DNA from: an uncultured delta proteobacterium
Lineage (GTDB): Bacteria > Myxococcota > Kuafuiibacteriia > Kuafuiibacteriales > Kuafuiibacteriaceae
Length of the DNA stretch: 64,000 nt
Assembly (NCBI GenBank): GCA_963803435.1
Contig: CAWDML010000001.1
Span: forward strand, 1,696,001-1,760,000
Direction: 5' to 3'
In this document: positions 1 through 11,989 of the stretch, one piece after another
Layout of the letters: each line of letters starts with the position of its first letter
How positions within the stretch are numbered: position 1 is the stretch's first letter
The notes under the pieces: model-generated
Database searches by the model: none
What the model was told of the DNA's origin: nothing
Seen by the model: only the letters and a program-made list of their open reading frames with translations
Translations under genes and position numbers: made by a program

Positions 1-681
1 CACCTCGCGGCGGATGAAGTCGGCGGCTGCCTCCTCGGCGGTCCCGCCGATCTCGCCGATCATGATGACGCCGTGGGTGTCGGGATCCCGGTTGAAGGCG
101 TCGAGCACGTCGATGAAGTTGGTCCCGTTGACCGGATCTCCACCGATGCCGACGCACGTCGACTGGCCGATCCCGAGGGCCGTCAGCTGTCCCACGGCCT
201 CGTACGTCAGGGTCCCGGATCGCGATACGACGCCGACGTGGCCGGCCGTGTGGATGTGCCCCGGCATGATGCCGATCTTGCACTGCGCGGGCGTGATCAC
301 GCCGGGACAGTTCGGCCCGATCATCCGGACGCTCGATCCCTCCATGACCCGCGCGACCTTCACCATGTCGAGCACCGGGATGCCCTCGGTGATCACGACG
401 ATCAGCGGGATCTCGGCGTCGAGCGCCTCCAGGATCGCGTCGGCGGCGTAGGCCGCGGGCACGTAGATGACGGTGGCGTTCGCGCCGGTCTTGCTCCGGG
501 CGAGCGCCACGGTATCGAAGATCGGGATCCGATCCTCGAACCTTTGGCCGCCCTTCCCCGGCGTGACTCCGCCGACGATCTGGGTGCCGTACTCGAGCAT
601 CTGCTTGGCATGGAACGAGCCGGCGGAGCCTGTGATGCCCTGAACCAGGACCTTGGTGTTCTTGTCGACCCAGATGGCCAC
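1..681 (-). CDS. sucD: Succinyl-CoA synthetase alpha subunit (runs off window start)
   Basis: Manual translation from GTG at 681: [45 protein letters not shown]; directly downstream of sucC. Confidence 0.95.
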   Translation of the reverse strand, partial: MAIWVDKNTKVLVQGITGSAGSFHAKQMLEYGTQIVGGVTPGKGGQRFEDRIPIFDTVALARSKTGANATVIYVPAAYAADAILEALDAEIPLIVVITEGIPVLDMVKVARVMEGSSVRMIGPNCPGVITPAQCKIGIMPGHIHTAGHVGVVSRSGTLTYEAVGQLTALGIGQSTCVGIGGDPVNGTNFIDVLDAFNRDPDTHGVIMIGEIGGTAEEAAADFIRREV

Positions 682-683
682 GA

Positions 684-1865
684 CTACTCCTTCTTGGCGC
701 GGTGGTCGGCCGCGAGCTTCACGACCTTCTGTGCGGCGTCGAGCATGTCGTCCGCCGAGGTCAGCGCGAGCCCCGAGTCAGTCAGCAGCTTCTTGCCCAG
801 CTCGACGTTGGTGCCCTCGAGGCGCACCACCACCGGGACCTCGATCTGCACCTCCTTGGCGGCGCGGATGATGCCCTCGGCGATGACATCGCACTTCATG
901 ATCCCGCCGAAGATGTTGACCAGGATCGCCTCGACCTTCTCGTCGGCGAGGATGATCTTGAACGCAGCGGTCACCTTCTCCGTGGTGGCGCCACCGCCGA
1001 CGTCGAGAAAGTTGGCGGGCTCGCCGCCGCAGTGCTTGATGATGTCCATCGTGGCCATCGCGAGGCCGGCCCCGTTGACCATGCAACCCACATTGCCGTC
1101 GAGCGCGATGTAGCTGAGGTCGAACTCCTTGGCCTGGATCTCGCGGGGCTCCTCTTCGTCGAGATCGCGGTAGGCGACGAGGTCGGCGTGCCGGAACAGG
1201 GCGTTGTCGTCGAAGTTCATCTTGGCGTCGAGCGCCATGAGGTCGCCACTCTTGGTGATGATCAGCGGATTCACCTCGACCAGCGTGGCGTCGGTCTCGA
1301 CATAGGCGCGATACAGCGCGGAGCAGAGCCTCACGCCCTTGCCGATCAACGCCGAGGGCAGACCGAGGGCGAAGAAGATCTCACGGACCTGAAACGGCGA
1401 CAGCCCGGCGGCCGGATCGATCGCGACGCGATGGATCTTCTCGGGCGTCTTGGCGGCGACCTCTTCGATGTCCATGCCGCCCTCGGCCGACATCATGAGC
1501 ACGACCCGCTTCTTTGCCCGGTCGAGGACCAAACCCAGGTAGAGCTCCTTGTCGATCGCGACCCCCTCCTCGATCAGGAGGCGCCGAACCTTCTGCCCTT
1601 CCGGGCCGGTCTGATGCGTCTTCAGCATCATGCCCAGGATCTCGCTCGCCCGCGCCTTCGCCTCGTCGAGCGTCTTGGCCAGCTTGACACCGCCTCCCTT
1701 CCCCCGACCGCCGGCGTGGATCTGCGCCTTCACCACCACCGGCAACGTGCCGAGAGAACGGGCATTGTCGGCTGCCTGCTCGACCGTCGACGCCACCTTT
1801 CCGCGAGGGATCGGGACGCCGAAGCGGCTGAGCACTTCCTTGGCTTGATACTCGTGAATCTTCAT
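684..1865 (-). CDS. sucC: Succinyl-CoA synthetase beta subunit
   Basis: [10 protein letters not shown] start, [30 protein letters not shown] and NFLDVGGG motifs. Confidence 0.97.
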   Translation of the reverse strand: MKIHEYQAKEVLSRFGVPIPRGKVASTVEQAADNARSLGTLPVVVKAQIHAGGRGKGGGVKLAKTLDEAKARASEILGMMLKTHQTGPEGQKVRRLLIEEGVAIDKELYLGLVLDRAKKRVVLMMSAEGGMDIEEVAAKTPEKIHRVAIDPAAGLSPFQVREIFFALGLPSALIGKGVRLCSALYRAYVETDATLVEVNPLIITKSGDLMALDAKMNFDDNALFRHADLVAYRDLDEEEPREIQAKEFDLSYIALDGNVGCMVNGAGLAMATMDIIKHCGGEPANFLDVGGGATTEKVTAAFKIILADEKVEAILVNIFGGIMKCDVIAEGIIRAAKEVQIEVPVVVRLEGTNVELGKKLLTDSGLALTSADDMLDAAQKVVKLAADHRAKKE

Positions 1866-2012
1866 CGAAGCTCCGCGAACAGCGTTCTAGTCGGTGGATG
1901 GACCGGACGCAACCGGAGTTAGCCCTTTGCTGCGGGTCCGACGGCGTGACACGGCTCGTCGAAGTAGGACCCCAACCGCCCAGACAGCAACGATCGGGGG
2001 TCCACCGGCTCC

Positions 2013-3332
2013 TCAGAAAGTCGGCGTGAAGAAGATGCGAGCGAAGACGAGCGCCATCATGACCCCGACGAAGTCCGCCGTGAGACACGGGATCAACGTG
2101 TGCCGCGTCTCGCGGACGCCGACCGAGCCGTAATAGACCGCGAGCACGTAGAACGTGGTCTCCATGCTTCCGTTCATCACCGAGACCAGGAAGCCGACGA
2201 ACGAGTCGGGCCCGTGCGTCTTCATCGTATCGACGACGACCGCCAGCGCGCCGCTCCCCGAGAGCGGCCGGATGAAGGCCATCGGCAGGGCCTCGGCCGG
2301 CATCCCGATCAGGCCGGTCACCGGAGCCACGCTCTTCACCAGGAAGTCGAGCGCCCCCGAGGCCCGGAACATTCCGATCGCCACCAGGATCGCGACCAGG
2401 AAGGGGATGATGGTGACACAGATGTTGAAGCCCTCCTTCGCGCCGGCGATGACGGCCTCGTAGACGCGGACGCCCCGGGCGAAGCCGACCAGCAGGATGC
2501 CCATGAGGATGGTGGGCAGCAGCCAGGCGGAGAGCACGTTCTTCGCCGTGTCCGCCAGATCGCCGGGGCCCGCGGTCAGCTCGCGGATCACCGCAGCGAT
2601 CAGCACACCGATCACGATCATCGACGCGTAGTTCCGCCACGGAATGACCGTCCGCGCCTTCTCCGCGAGCTGCTCCGCGACGTCCATGCCCTTGATCTCG
2701 GAGGGCTCCGCGGCCGCCACGCTCGCCTCCTCCAGCGTGTAACGGGACGGGGAGAAGAAGCCGAGGTTCTCGATCAACTTGCACACGATGATCGCGGCGA
2801 TCGTGGAGCAGGCGGTGGAGAGGATCGACGGCGCGATGATCCCGGTGACGTCGTGCGCGCCCATCGAGGCGCGCACCGCCACGATCCCGAGCGGGAGGAT
2901 GGCGACGCCCGAGGTGTTGATGGCGAGGAACAACGCCATGCTGTTGGTGGCGATGCCGCGGTGCTTGTTGAGGCGGTTGAGCTCGACCATCGCCTTGAGC
3001 CCGAACGGCGTGGCCGCGTTGGCGAGACCGAGCATGTTGGCCGCCAGGTTCATGATCATGGCGCTCATCGCCGGGTGACCCTCCGGGACCTCGGGGAACA
3101 GGCGGCGCATCACCGGGCCGACCACGCGTGCGATGACCTTCATCATCCCGGCCTCCTCGAGGACGCGCATCACGCCGAGCCACAGGGCCATCTGGCCGAT
3201 GAGGCTGATCGCCAGCTCGACGGCCGACTTCGCGGAGTCGGCGCTCGCCTTGGTGACCGGCTCCATCGTCCCCGTGAGGGCGGCCGTGAGCGTCGCGCCG
3301 ACGATCAGCACGAGGAAGATCCAGTTGAGCAC
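2013..3332 (-). CDS. SpmA/SpmB-type fused membrane protein (nucleoside recognition gate domain)
   Basis: NLAANMLGLANAATPFGLKAM (SpmA-like) and RPLSGSGA, GSMETTFYVLAVYYG (SpmB-like); many TM segments. Confidence 0.85.
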   Translation of the reverse strand: MLNWIFLVLIVGATLTAALTGTMEPVTKASADSAKSAVELAISLIGQMALWLGVMRVLEEAGMMKVIARVVGPVMRRLFPEVPEGHPAMSAMIMNLAANMLGLANAATPFGLKAMVELNRLNKHRGIATNSMALFLAINTSGVAILPLGIVAVRASMGAHDVTGIIAPSILSTACSTIAAIIVCKLIENLGFFSPSRYTLEEASVAAAEPSEIKGMDVAEQLAEKARTVIPWRNYASMIVIGVLIAAVIRELTAGPGDLADTAKNVLSAWLLPTILMGILLVGFARGVRVYEAVIAGAKEGFNICVTIIPFLVAILVAIGMFRASGALDFLVKSVAPVTGLIGMPAEALPMAFIRPLSGSGALAVVVDTMKTHGPDSFVGFLVSVMNGSMETTFYVLAVYYGSVGVRETRHTLIPCLTADFVGVMMALVFARIFFTPTF

Positions 3333-3428
3333 GCCCGGTGCACTACCTCATTCCTGCTCGACGCGCACCCCGCCGGCAACGCTGTCGTCGATGTTGGACA
3401 ACGCGGGTTTCGTGCTAGCAAGCGGTTC

Positions 3429-4133
3429 ATGAGGTATGCGTTCCTCGTCCTCGAAGAGCACCCGTACGGGCGCGAGATGCTCTCGCAGCTGCTCGGCGCC
3501 GGCTTCGTCCCCGCGCTCTTGATCGAGGAGCGCTCGCCGGTCGCCGACGTCGAGCGCGCCAAGTTCCTGACGCGGATCGCGGGGCACACGCCGGCGCCGA
3601 CGTTCACGGAGCTCCTCCACGGCCGCGACGTCCGGCGCGTGCAGGTGCCGGATCACAATCATCCATCGTGCGCGGCGCTGCTGGAGACACTGGCGCCCGA
3701 GCTGATCGTCCTGGGGGGGACGCGGATCCTGAAGCCGCACGTCTTCCGGCACGCGCGGCACGGGGCGCTCAACGCGCACCCTGGGCTGCTGCCGGAGGTG
3801 CGCGGCTCGGCTTCGGTGGCGTGGGCGATCCACCTCGATGTTCCGATCGGCTGTACCTGCCACTTCATCGAGGCCGGGATCGACACCGGTCCGATCGTGG
3901 GTCGGCGAACGATCGACGTCCACCGGGGCGATACATACGAGGACCTCTGTTTTGCGACGCTCGGGCTCTCGGGGACGCTGATGCGGGAGGCGCTCGAGGC
4001 GTACGCGCGGGGCGCCCTGGCCGGCACCCCGCAGGCGTCGGGCGGGAAGGCGCTCAGGAACATGCCCGCGGAGATGGTGGAGGCGGTGAAGGCGAAGCTG
4101 GCGCGCGGCGAGTACGCGCACTACGCCTCGTGA
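3429..4133 (+). CDS. Formyltransferase family protein (N-terminal domain only)
   Basis: LNAHPGLLPEVRGSA and AGIDTGPI motifs; ATG at 3429 inside the 2100..4133 ORF. Confidence 0.8.
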   Translation: MRYAFLVLEEHPYGREMLSQLLGAGFVPALLIEERSPVADVERAKFLTRIAGHTPAPTFTELLHGRDVRRVQVPDHNHPSCAALLETLAPELIVLGGTRILKPHVFRHARHGALNAHPGLLPEVRGSASVAWAIHLDVPIGCTCHFIEAGIDTGPIVGRRTIDVHRGDTYEDLCFATLGLSGTLMREALEAYARGALAGTPQASGGKALRNMPAEMVEAVKAKLARGEYAHYAS

Positions 4134-4159
4134 TCGGATCGAAATCGGGACCGTTGATC

Positions 4160-4197
4160 GTGATCCCGATCGGAATCACGCTCGGGAATCGCGATTC
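4160..4197. repeat. Palindromic GATC-rich element between convergent genes
   Basis: GTGATCCCGATCGGAATCAC (4160-4179, near-perfect palindrome) and GAATCGCGATTC (4186-4197, perfect palindrome). Confidence 0.45.
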
Positions 4198-4214
4198 ATG
4201 ATCGACGGCATTCC

Positions 4215-5045
4215 TCAGCCCTTCACCGCACCCTGCGTCAGCCCGCCCACGACGTGCCGCTCCAGGACGAAGAACAGCGCCATCACCGGGATGCTCACCA
4301 GCACCGCCCCGGCCGCGAACGCCCCCCAATCCGTGGTCTTCGCGCCCACGTAGCTCCTCAGGACTACCGGCAGCGTGTAGCTGGTCTCCTTCGCCATGAA
4401 CGTGGCCGCCAGGATGAACTCGTTCCACGCGGTCATGAAGGAGAACAGGGCGGTCACGGCGATCGCGGGGCGCGCCAGGGGGAGGATCAGCGACCAGAAG
4501 ATGCGGGCGCGGGAGGCGCCGTCGAGGAGCGCCGCCTCCTCGAGCTCGGTGGGGATGGTGTCGAAGTAGCCCTTGAGCATGAAGACGCAGAACGGGAGCG
4601 CCGTGGTGCTGTAGACCAGCGCGAGGCCGGCGGCGGTGTCGAGGAGGTGGAGGCGGTCGAGCAGGACGTACAGCGGGATCATCACCATCGTCGGCGGAAA
4701 CATCTGCGTGATGAGAAAGCTGGAGAGGGCCAGGTCGCGGCCGGCGAAGCGGAAACGCGAGAAGGCGTAGGCGGCGGTGGTGGCGAGGGCGATGCCGATG
4801 ACGGTGGTGGCGGCGCTGACGACGATCGAGTTGAAGAGCTGGCGCCCGAACAGCCAGCTCCCGTCGGCGGCGGTGGTGCCGACGACGCGGACGAAGTTGT
4901 CGAGGCTGACCTCGGACGGGATCGGGCTGGCGCTGCCGGCGAAGCTGCGTCCGGCGGAGAAGGCCATCTTGAGGACCCAGAGCACCGGATACAGCGAGAC
5001 GATGGAGGCGAAGATCAGGATGGCGTGCGGGACCAGCTTCTTCAT
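4215..5045 (-). CDS. Sugar ABC transporter permease (MalG-like)
   Basis: EAA loop ELEEAALLDGAS, AWNEFILA; ATG 5045 overlaps the upstream stop. Confidence 0.9.
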   Translation of the reverse strand: MKKLVPHAILIFASIVSLYPVLWVLKMAFSAGRSFAGSASPIPSEVSLDNFVRVVGTTAADGSWLFGRQLFNSIVVSAATTVIGIALATTAAYAFSRFRFAGRDLALSSFLITQMFPPTMVMIPLYVLLDRLHLLDTAAGLALVYSTTALPFCVFMLKGYFDTIPTELEEAALLDGASRARIFWSLILPLARPAIAVTALFSFMTAWNEFILAATFMAKETSYTLPVVLRSYVGAKTTDWGAFAAGAVLVSIPVMALFFVLERHVVGGLTQGAVKG

Positions 5046-6700
5046 CGGAGCGCCTCCTCGGCCGCCTTCGAGACGCGAGACGTCATCCATCCATACAACA
5101 GCAGCACCAGGAAGATGATCACCGAGTACGCGGCCGCGTAGCCGTACGCGCCGCCCTGGGCCGCGCCGCGCTCGAAGGCCCACTTGTACGCTTCGGTCAC
5201 CAGGATCTCGGTGGCACCGTCCGGCTTGCCCTCGGAGACCAGGTAGATGACCTCGAACTTGTTGAAGGTCCAGATCGAGCCGAGGATCACGGCCGGCAGG
5301 AGCGCCGGGCGCAGCAACGGGAGCGTGATCCGGAGGAACTGCTGGAGCTGACCGGCGCCGTCGACCTCGGCGGCCTCGTAGAGATCCTTCGGGATCGAGG
5401 TGAGCGCGCCCAGCGAAACCACCATCATGAACGGGAAGCCCAGCCAGACGTTCGTGATCAGGTTGGCGAGGAAGGCGGTGCTGGTCTCGTGCATCCACGA
5501 GAAGCCCTCGAGGCCGAGCAGCCGGTTCACCACGCCGATGTCCGGGTCGAACATCGAGCGCCAGATCAGCGCCGTCAGGTAGGCCGGCACCGCCCAGGGG
5601 ATGATCAGGAGCAGCCGGTAGACCTTGGAGACGCGCGGCGCGCGGTTCTGGAGCATCAGCGCCAGCAGCAGCCCGATCGAGAGGTGGAGGATCACGTTGA
5701 GGAACGTCCACACCGTCGTGAGCACCAGCGAGTACGGCAGCGAGCGCGGCTCGAACCAGGAGCGGCCCGACGAGGTGAGGATACCGATGAAGTTGGAGAG
5801 ACCCGCGAACGTGTACGTGCCGTGGACGTGATGGAAGAAGGAGAGCCCGATCCCGAAGAGGAACGGGATGCCCACCAGGAGCAGCAGGCCGCCCATCGCC
5901 GGGGAGATCGCGAGGTACGCATGCCGATCCGTACGCATCGCCGAGACCGCGCGCGCTGCCAGATCGCTGCCCAAGACGAACGCCAACAGCACTCCGGCCA
6001 GCGCTCCGCAGGTGGTCACGAGACGCGGGATCTGGATCGGAAACTCGACGATCGGGATGTTCGTCCGTCCCTGCGCCAGGTAATCGCTGGCCGCGTTGGA
6101 GGCGATCACCAGGTACGGGCCCACCAGGTAGACGATGACGGCGCCGGCCGCCATCGCCCCCGCTGGAGCGGCGATCTTGGTAGGCAGCCGGAAGCGCAGC
6201 GCCAGCATCACCACCAGCCCCACCATGAGGGAGGTGAACGCCGACCGCCACGGACCCGGCATCGGGATGGGCGGCGGGTTCTGCACCAGCTCGGCGGAGC
6301 GATCGTTGTCGGGGACCGTGACGCGCCAGGCGCCGCCGGGGAGGCGCTCGCGGAGCGGAACCTTCTTCCGCGTCACCTCCGAGTGGCGGTCCGAGCGCGC
6401 CTTGTCGTAGGGGTCCTGCCCCCGGAGCGCGGTGCCTTCGCGCGCAGTGCTCGCGGTGAACACGACGTACGTCTGGTGGTTGAGGAAGTAGTACTTCGCG
6501 GACTCCACGCCCTTGACGATGGTGAGGTCGCCCTCGACCTTCTTGTCGCGGGCGGCCGCGTCGCGGGCGTCGAGCGTCACCCGCATCCCGCGCATCTGGT
6601 CGAGGTCATCGGCCGTGCGGTCGTCCAGGAGCGCGGCCGCGAGCAGCGCGGTCACGGCGATGGCGAATGCGCCTCCCAGGTCTCGGGCTCCGACCGCCAC
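5042..6700 (-). CDS. Sugar ABC transporter permease (MalF-like, extended N-terminus)
   Basis: DLYEAAEVDGA EAA loop, WLGFPFMMVV, PWAVP. Confidence 0.9.
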   Translation of the reverse strand: MAVGARDLGGAFAIAVTALLAAALLDDRTADDLDQMRGMRVTLDARDAAARDKKVEGDLTIVKGVESAKYYFLNHQTYVVFTASTAREGTALRGQDPYDKARSDRHSEVTRKKVPLRERLPGGAWRVTVPDNDRSAELVQNPPPIPMPGPWRSAFTSLMVGLVVMLALRFRLPTKIAAPAGAMAAGAVIVYLVGPYLVIASNAASDYLAQGRTNIPIVEFPIQIPRLVTTCGALAGVLLAFVLGSDLAARAVSAMRTDRHAYLAISPAMGGLLLLVGIPFLFGIGLSFFHHVHGTYTFAGLSNFIGILTSSGRSWFEPRSLPYSLVLTTVWTFLNVILHLSIGLLLALMLQNRAPRVSKVYRLLLIIPWAVPAYLTALIWRSMFDPDIGVVNRLLGLEGFSWMHETSTAFLANLITNVWLGFPFMMVVSLGALTSIPKDLYEAAEVDGAGQLQQFLRITLPLLRPALLPAVILGSIWTFNKFEVIYLVSEGKPDGATEILVTEAYKWAFERGAAQGGAYGYAAAYSVIIFLVLLLYGWMTSRVSKAAEEALR

Positions 6701-6706
6701 GTCAAC

Positions 6707-7929
6707 CTACCTTGCAGCCGCCAGCGCCACGTCGATCCGGCGCTGCGCCTCCGCCACCGCCTCGGCCGGCGGAATGCCCTGGTGGATCGCGTTGTAGAGG
6801 GCACCGTTCATCGGCGTCCACACCGCCGCCATCCGTGGATCCGACGGCGAAGGGACCGAGTTGAGGAACGCCGTCCGGAACGCAGCGAAGATCTGCTGAT
6901 CCTTCTCCGAGAGCGTGGGGAGCACCTCCTCCCAGGTCTGCCGAAGCGTGACGGACTGCCCGCCCACCTTCATTCGGATCGAGGCGCTCCTCGGATCGTT
7001 GGCGAGGAAGCGCATCACCTCGAAGGCCTCCTTCGGGTGTTGCGAGCGCGCCGAGAGCAGGATCCCCTCGCAGGTGGAGAAGCCGCTCGACGGCTTCCCG
7101 CCCGCGAACGCCGGGATCGGCACCACCGAGTACGGGACCGTCTTCGGGATCTCGGAGCGGAACCAGGGGCCGCTGATCAGCATCGGCGTGCGGCCCTCGG
7201 AGAACATCGCGCTGGCGGTGACCTGCGTGGGATCGTCCGGGATGATGCGCTCTTCCTTGGCCAGCCGGCGCGCCATCTCGAGCGAGCGGATCACGCCGGG
7301 GTTGGTGACGTCGACGTTGCCGCTGATCCCTCTTCGTGGATCGGCGCCCTCGAAGATGAAGCCGCCGTAGGAGAACAGCAGCGGGGTGTGAAAGAAGAGG
7401 TCGACGTTGTTGTAGACCAGACCGTAGCGAGCCTGGGCCGGCACGGTGAGCTTCTTCGCGATGGCGAGCAGGCTCTCGAAGTCGGTCGGCGGGTCCTTCA
7501 CCAGATCGGTGCGGACGTACAGGGCGAGCGCCTTGTGGGCGAGCGGGAGCCCATACAGAGAGGGACCATACGCCAGCGCGAAGACGCAGTCGGTCTCGTG
7601 GGCGTCGAGCATCGGCTCGTCCACCAGGAGCTCGATCGGCTCGACCTCGCCGCCCTCCGCCCAGCCGCCGATGCGATCGTGGGCGTAGATGAAGACGTCG
7701 GGCCCGTGGCCGCGCGGGATCGCGACGGTGATCTTGTCGGCGAGCGCCTCGTTCGGTACGCCGCTGGCGACAATCCGGATCCCCGGGTGCGTCTGGTCGA
7801 AGAGCGCGATGGCCTGGAAGAGCGCGTCGCGCTCGGCGCCGTTGTAGCTGTGCCAGAGCACCACCTCCGTCTGGGCCGAGGCGATCCGCGGGAGCAGCAG
7901 CGCCAGCACGAACGCCAGCCGCTTCGCGC

Positions 7930-7933
<4 letters not shown>
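6707..7933 (-). CDS. Sugar ABC transporter solute-binding protein (MalE-like)
   Basis: Signal peptide, VVLWHSY, GPDVFIYAHDRIGGW, ISGPW. Confidence 0.88.
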
Positions 7934-8997
<1,064 letters not shown>

Positions 8998-9029
8998 GCT
9001 TCCGGCCGCGGCTAACACGCGAGAACGCG

Positions 9030-9380
9030 TTAGTCGACGACTTGCGCGCTCACGGTCGTGCAGTACCGGGTGAAGAGTCCGACGATGTTGAGGACACTGT
9101 GATCGACCGCGACGTTCTTCAGGGACTTGCCCTCCGCCTTGGCCTGCGCGGCGGCGTCGGCCAGCGCAGCATCGACGGACCAGTCGCCGAGCGCCACCAG
9201 GCTCAGCACGCTGAACGCGCACGATTCTCCCCGGATGTATCCGGTCGTCCGGCCGCCGGTCGCACCGGGCTTCAGCTCCCCGGGGCTGGACACGGCGGCG
9301 AAGATCAGGCCCTGGGGGCCGATCGCCGCGCAGGAGGAGGTGAGAAGCACCAGCACGAGCATGAGGAGCAGTCTTTTCAT
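9030..9380 (-). CDS. TRL-like family lipoprotein
   Basis: Lipobox LTSSC; GESCAFSVLSLVALGDWS...VDHSVLNIVGLFTRYCTTV pattern. Confidence 0.7.
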   Translation of the reverse strand: MKRLLLMLVLVLLTSSCAAIGPQGLIFAAVSSPGELKPGATGGRTTGYIRGESCAFSVLSLVALGDWSVDAALADAAAQAKAEGKSLKNVAVDHSVLNIVGLFTRYCTTVSAQVVD

Positions 9381-9464
9381 GCGCCGCCTTCTAGAAGCCC
9401 CGGCCGTGATCGGCAAAGCCAGTTTGCTTGCGCGGTTCGGGACCCGGTGGTTTGCTCCCGCGCC

Positions 9465-10469
9465 ATGGCGCGGGTGACGTTGATTCGAGGCGACGGGATC
9501 GGGCCCGAGATCATGGAGGCGGCCGTCTGCGTCCTGGAGGCGACGGGGGCCCAGCTCGAGTGGGACGAGCGGCTGGCGGGGACCGCGGCCCTCGCGAAGC
9601 TGGCCACGCCGGTGCCCGACGAGACGATCGAGTCGATCCGTGCGAACCACCTCGCGTTCAAGGGCCCCCTCGCGACGCCGATCGGCGGCGGCTACAAGAG
9701 CGTGAACGTGGCGTTCCGTCAGGAGCTCGATCTATATGCGAACGTCCGCCCCGCCCTCTCCATGGAGGGCGTGAAGACCCCGTTCTCCAACGTAGACCTG
9801 GTGGTGATCCGGGAGAACACCCAGGAGCTCTACAGCGGGATCGAGCATTACATCGACCCGAAGAAGGACGCGGCGCAGGCGATCTCGTTCATCTCGAAGC
9901 ACGCGTCCGACCGCATCGTCCGCTTCGCCTTCGAGTACGCGCGCGCGCACCAGAGGAAGAAGGTCACGCTGGTCCACAAGGCGAACATCCTCAAGCTCAC
10001 GACCGGGCTCTTCCTCAGCGTCGGCAAGGAGATCGCGGCCCGGTACCCGGACATCCAGTTCGAGGACCGGATCGTCGACGCGATGGCGATGGCGCTGGTG
10101 ATGCGACCGCAGCAGTTCGAGGTCATCGTCACCACGAACATGTTCGGCGACATCCTCTCGGATCTGACGGCGGGCCTCATCGGCGGTCTCGGGCTGGCGC
10201 CGTCGGGCAACTACGGCGAGGACACCGCGATCTTCGAGGCCATCCACGGCACTGCGCCCGACATCGCCGGCCGCGGCATCGGCAATCCCACCGCGCTCAT
10301 CCTCTCGGGCGCCATGATGCTCCGACACCTGGGCTACGTGGTGGAGGCGGCGGCGGTGGAGCGGTCGGTCCGCAAGGTCGTCGCCGAAGGACGCACCGTG
10401 ACGCCCGACCTGGGCGGAAAGGCGTCCACGATCGAGTACGGTCGAGCGGTGGCCGCGACGCTCTCGTAG
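9465..10469 (+). CDS. icd: Isocitrate dehydrogenase (NAD-dependent-type; isocitrate/isopropylmalate DH family)
   Basis: GDGIGPEI, SVNVAFRQELDLYANVRP, HKANILK, NMFGDILSD, EAIHGTAPDIAG. Confidence 0.88.
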   Translation: MARVTLIRGDGIGPEIMEAAVCVLEATGAQLEWDERLAGTAALAKLATPVPDETIESIRANHLAFKGPLATPIGGGYKSVNVAFRQELDLYANVRPALSMEGVKTPFSNVDLVVIRENTQELYSGIEHYIDPKKDAAQAISFISKHASDRIVRFAFEYARAHQRKKVTLVHKANILKLTTGLFLSVGKEIAARYPDIQFEDRIVDAMAMALVMRPQQFEVIVTTNMFGDILSDLTAGLIGGLGLAPSGNYGEDTAIFEAIHGTAPDIAGRGIGNPTALILSGAMMLRHLGYVVEAAAVERSVRKVVAEGRTVTPDLGGKASTIEYGRAVAATLS

Positions 10470-10533
10470 GCCTCGGTCGATCGACGGAGATCAGATCGAG
10501 CCGGCGCGCGCAGACCGGTTCAGCGACACGGTG

Positions 10534-10549
10534 CGGCACGGCGTTCGCA
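10534..10549 (+). promoter_or_regulatory. Putative sigma54 -24/-12 promoter
   Basis: CGGCACGGCGTTCGCA (GG-N10-GC), 12 nt before ATG 10562. Confidence 0.55.
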
Positions 10550-10561
10550 CTGGCCCCGCCC

Positions 10562-11983
10562 ATGCGTGCTCTGGCGGCCGGCCTCCTCCTCCTCGCCTCC
10601 TGCAGCGACGATCCGCTGACGCGGTTGACCGGCGCGCTGGAGGTCACCGCGGTCAACGCGGCCCCGCGCGCCGAACGCGTCACCGTCCAGGCCCACCAGG
10701 GCGACACCGAGGCGTCGGGGAGCGAGGCCGTGGCCCACCCCGGCACAGTCGTGCTCCTCGAGCGGTTGAACCCGGGCGCCTGGAGCGTCCGGGTCGACGC
10801 ACGCGACCGCGACGGCGTCCCCTTGCAGGCGGTGTGGGTCGACGACGTCGGGATCCAGGCCCAGCTCGTCACGGAGCTCCTGGTGGATCTCGCGGACTCG
10901 CCGATCCCGCCACCCGCCGAGATCTGCAACGGCGTCGACGACGACGGCGACGGTGCGATCGACGAGGTCGAGGACCTCGCGCTCTGCGCCGCCTGCGAGG
11001 GCGGTCGCGAGGTCCTGCTGACCGACGACGAGCGCTGCGGCGAGGTCGCCTGCGATGAGCTCGATCGCCTCGAGGTCCGCGGCGACAACTCGGCCACCGG
11101 TGATTCGAGCTGCGTCGCGATCACCCACCGTGCCGCCAGCCGCTGCGCGGAGATCGGGCGGTGCGACACCACCACCGGCGCCTGCCGGCCCAGCGAATCG
11201 GTGTTGGCGAGCGCCGGTCTCTGCCGCACGATCTCGGAGTCGAGCTGCCTCGGCGGCGCGCCCGCGATCGACGTCGTCCCCGACGGCACGCCCTGCTCCG
11301 CAGAGCACACCTGCCAGGCCGGCGAGTGCGTGCCGATCGTCCCGATCGATCCCGAGGTGGGCTGCGCCGACGGCGAGCGCGAAGGCTTCCTCTCGCTCCT
11401 CGACTACCCCGGGATTGCCGGCTGCTCCGGCGGCTGGGCCCTCCCCGGCGTCACGAACAGCTTGGCGCCCGCGTGCCACCGCGGCGCGGGAGACGACTCC
11501 GGCAACGTCGCCGGCCTCGGCTGCAGCGCCGTCGATCTCTGCGCCGAGGGCTGGCACGTGTGCGACGGCAAGGACGAGGTCCTCCTCCAGTCCCCGGAGG
11601 GCTGCGCCGCCGCCGTCCCGGCCGGCACCCCCGACAAGTCCCTCTTCTTCGCGGTCCGTCAGTCGAGCCTCGAGGGCAGCACCTGCACGGACGACGGCAC
11701 CGGCGACAACGACGTCTTCGGCTGCGGCAACCTGGGCAACCTGCTCGGCGCCGACAAGAACTGCGCACCGCTCGACCGCGTCCTCGCGAGCACCCAGCCG
11801 AACAGCTGCGGCTTCAACGAGGCCGAGCCCCCGCTCGGTCCCTGGCAGTGCCTCGGGACGAACGACAGCCACCTCCACGAGGGCGCACTCGTCACCAAGG
11901 ACGCGTGCGCGAACAACGACTGCAGCTACGACGGCCACCCGATCGCGTCCTCGGACAAGGGTGGGGTCCTTTGCTGCCGCTGA
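10562..11983 (+). CDS. Cys-rich lipoprotein with putative metal-binding motif and Cys-rich C-terminal domain
   Basis: Lipobox LLASC; EICNGVDDDGDGAIDE motif; GCADGEREGF...LCAEGWHVC...GGVLCCR. Confidence 0.8.
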   Translation: MRALAAGLLLLASCSDDPLTRLTGALEVTAVNAAPRAERVTVQAHQGDTEASGSEAVAHPGTVVLLERLNPGAWSVRVDARDRDGVPLQAVWVDDVGIQAQLVTELLVDLADSPIPPPAEICNGVDDDGDGAIDEVEDLALCAACEGGREVLLTDDERCGEVACDELDRLEVRGDNSATGDSSCVAITHRAASRCAEIGRCDTTTGACRPSESVLASAGLCRTISESSCLGGAPAIDVVPDGTPCSAEHTCQAGECVPIVPIDPEVGCADGEREGFLSLLDYPGIAGCSGGWALPGVTNSLAPACHRGAGDDSGNVAGLGCSAVDLCAEGWHVCDGKDEVLLQSPEGCAAAVPAGTPDKSLFFAVRQSSLEGSTCTDDGTGDNDVFGCGNLGNLLGADKNCAPLDRVLASTQPNSCGFNEAEPPLGPWQCLGTNDSHLHEGALVTKDACANNDCSYDGHPIASSDKGGVLCCR

Positions 11984-11989
11984 CGCGGG

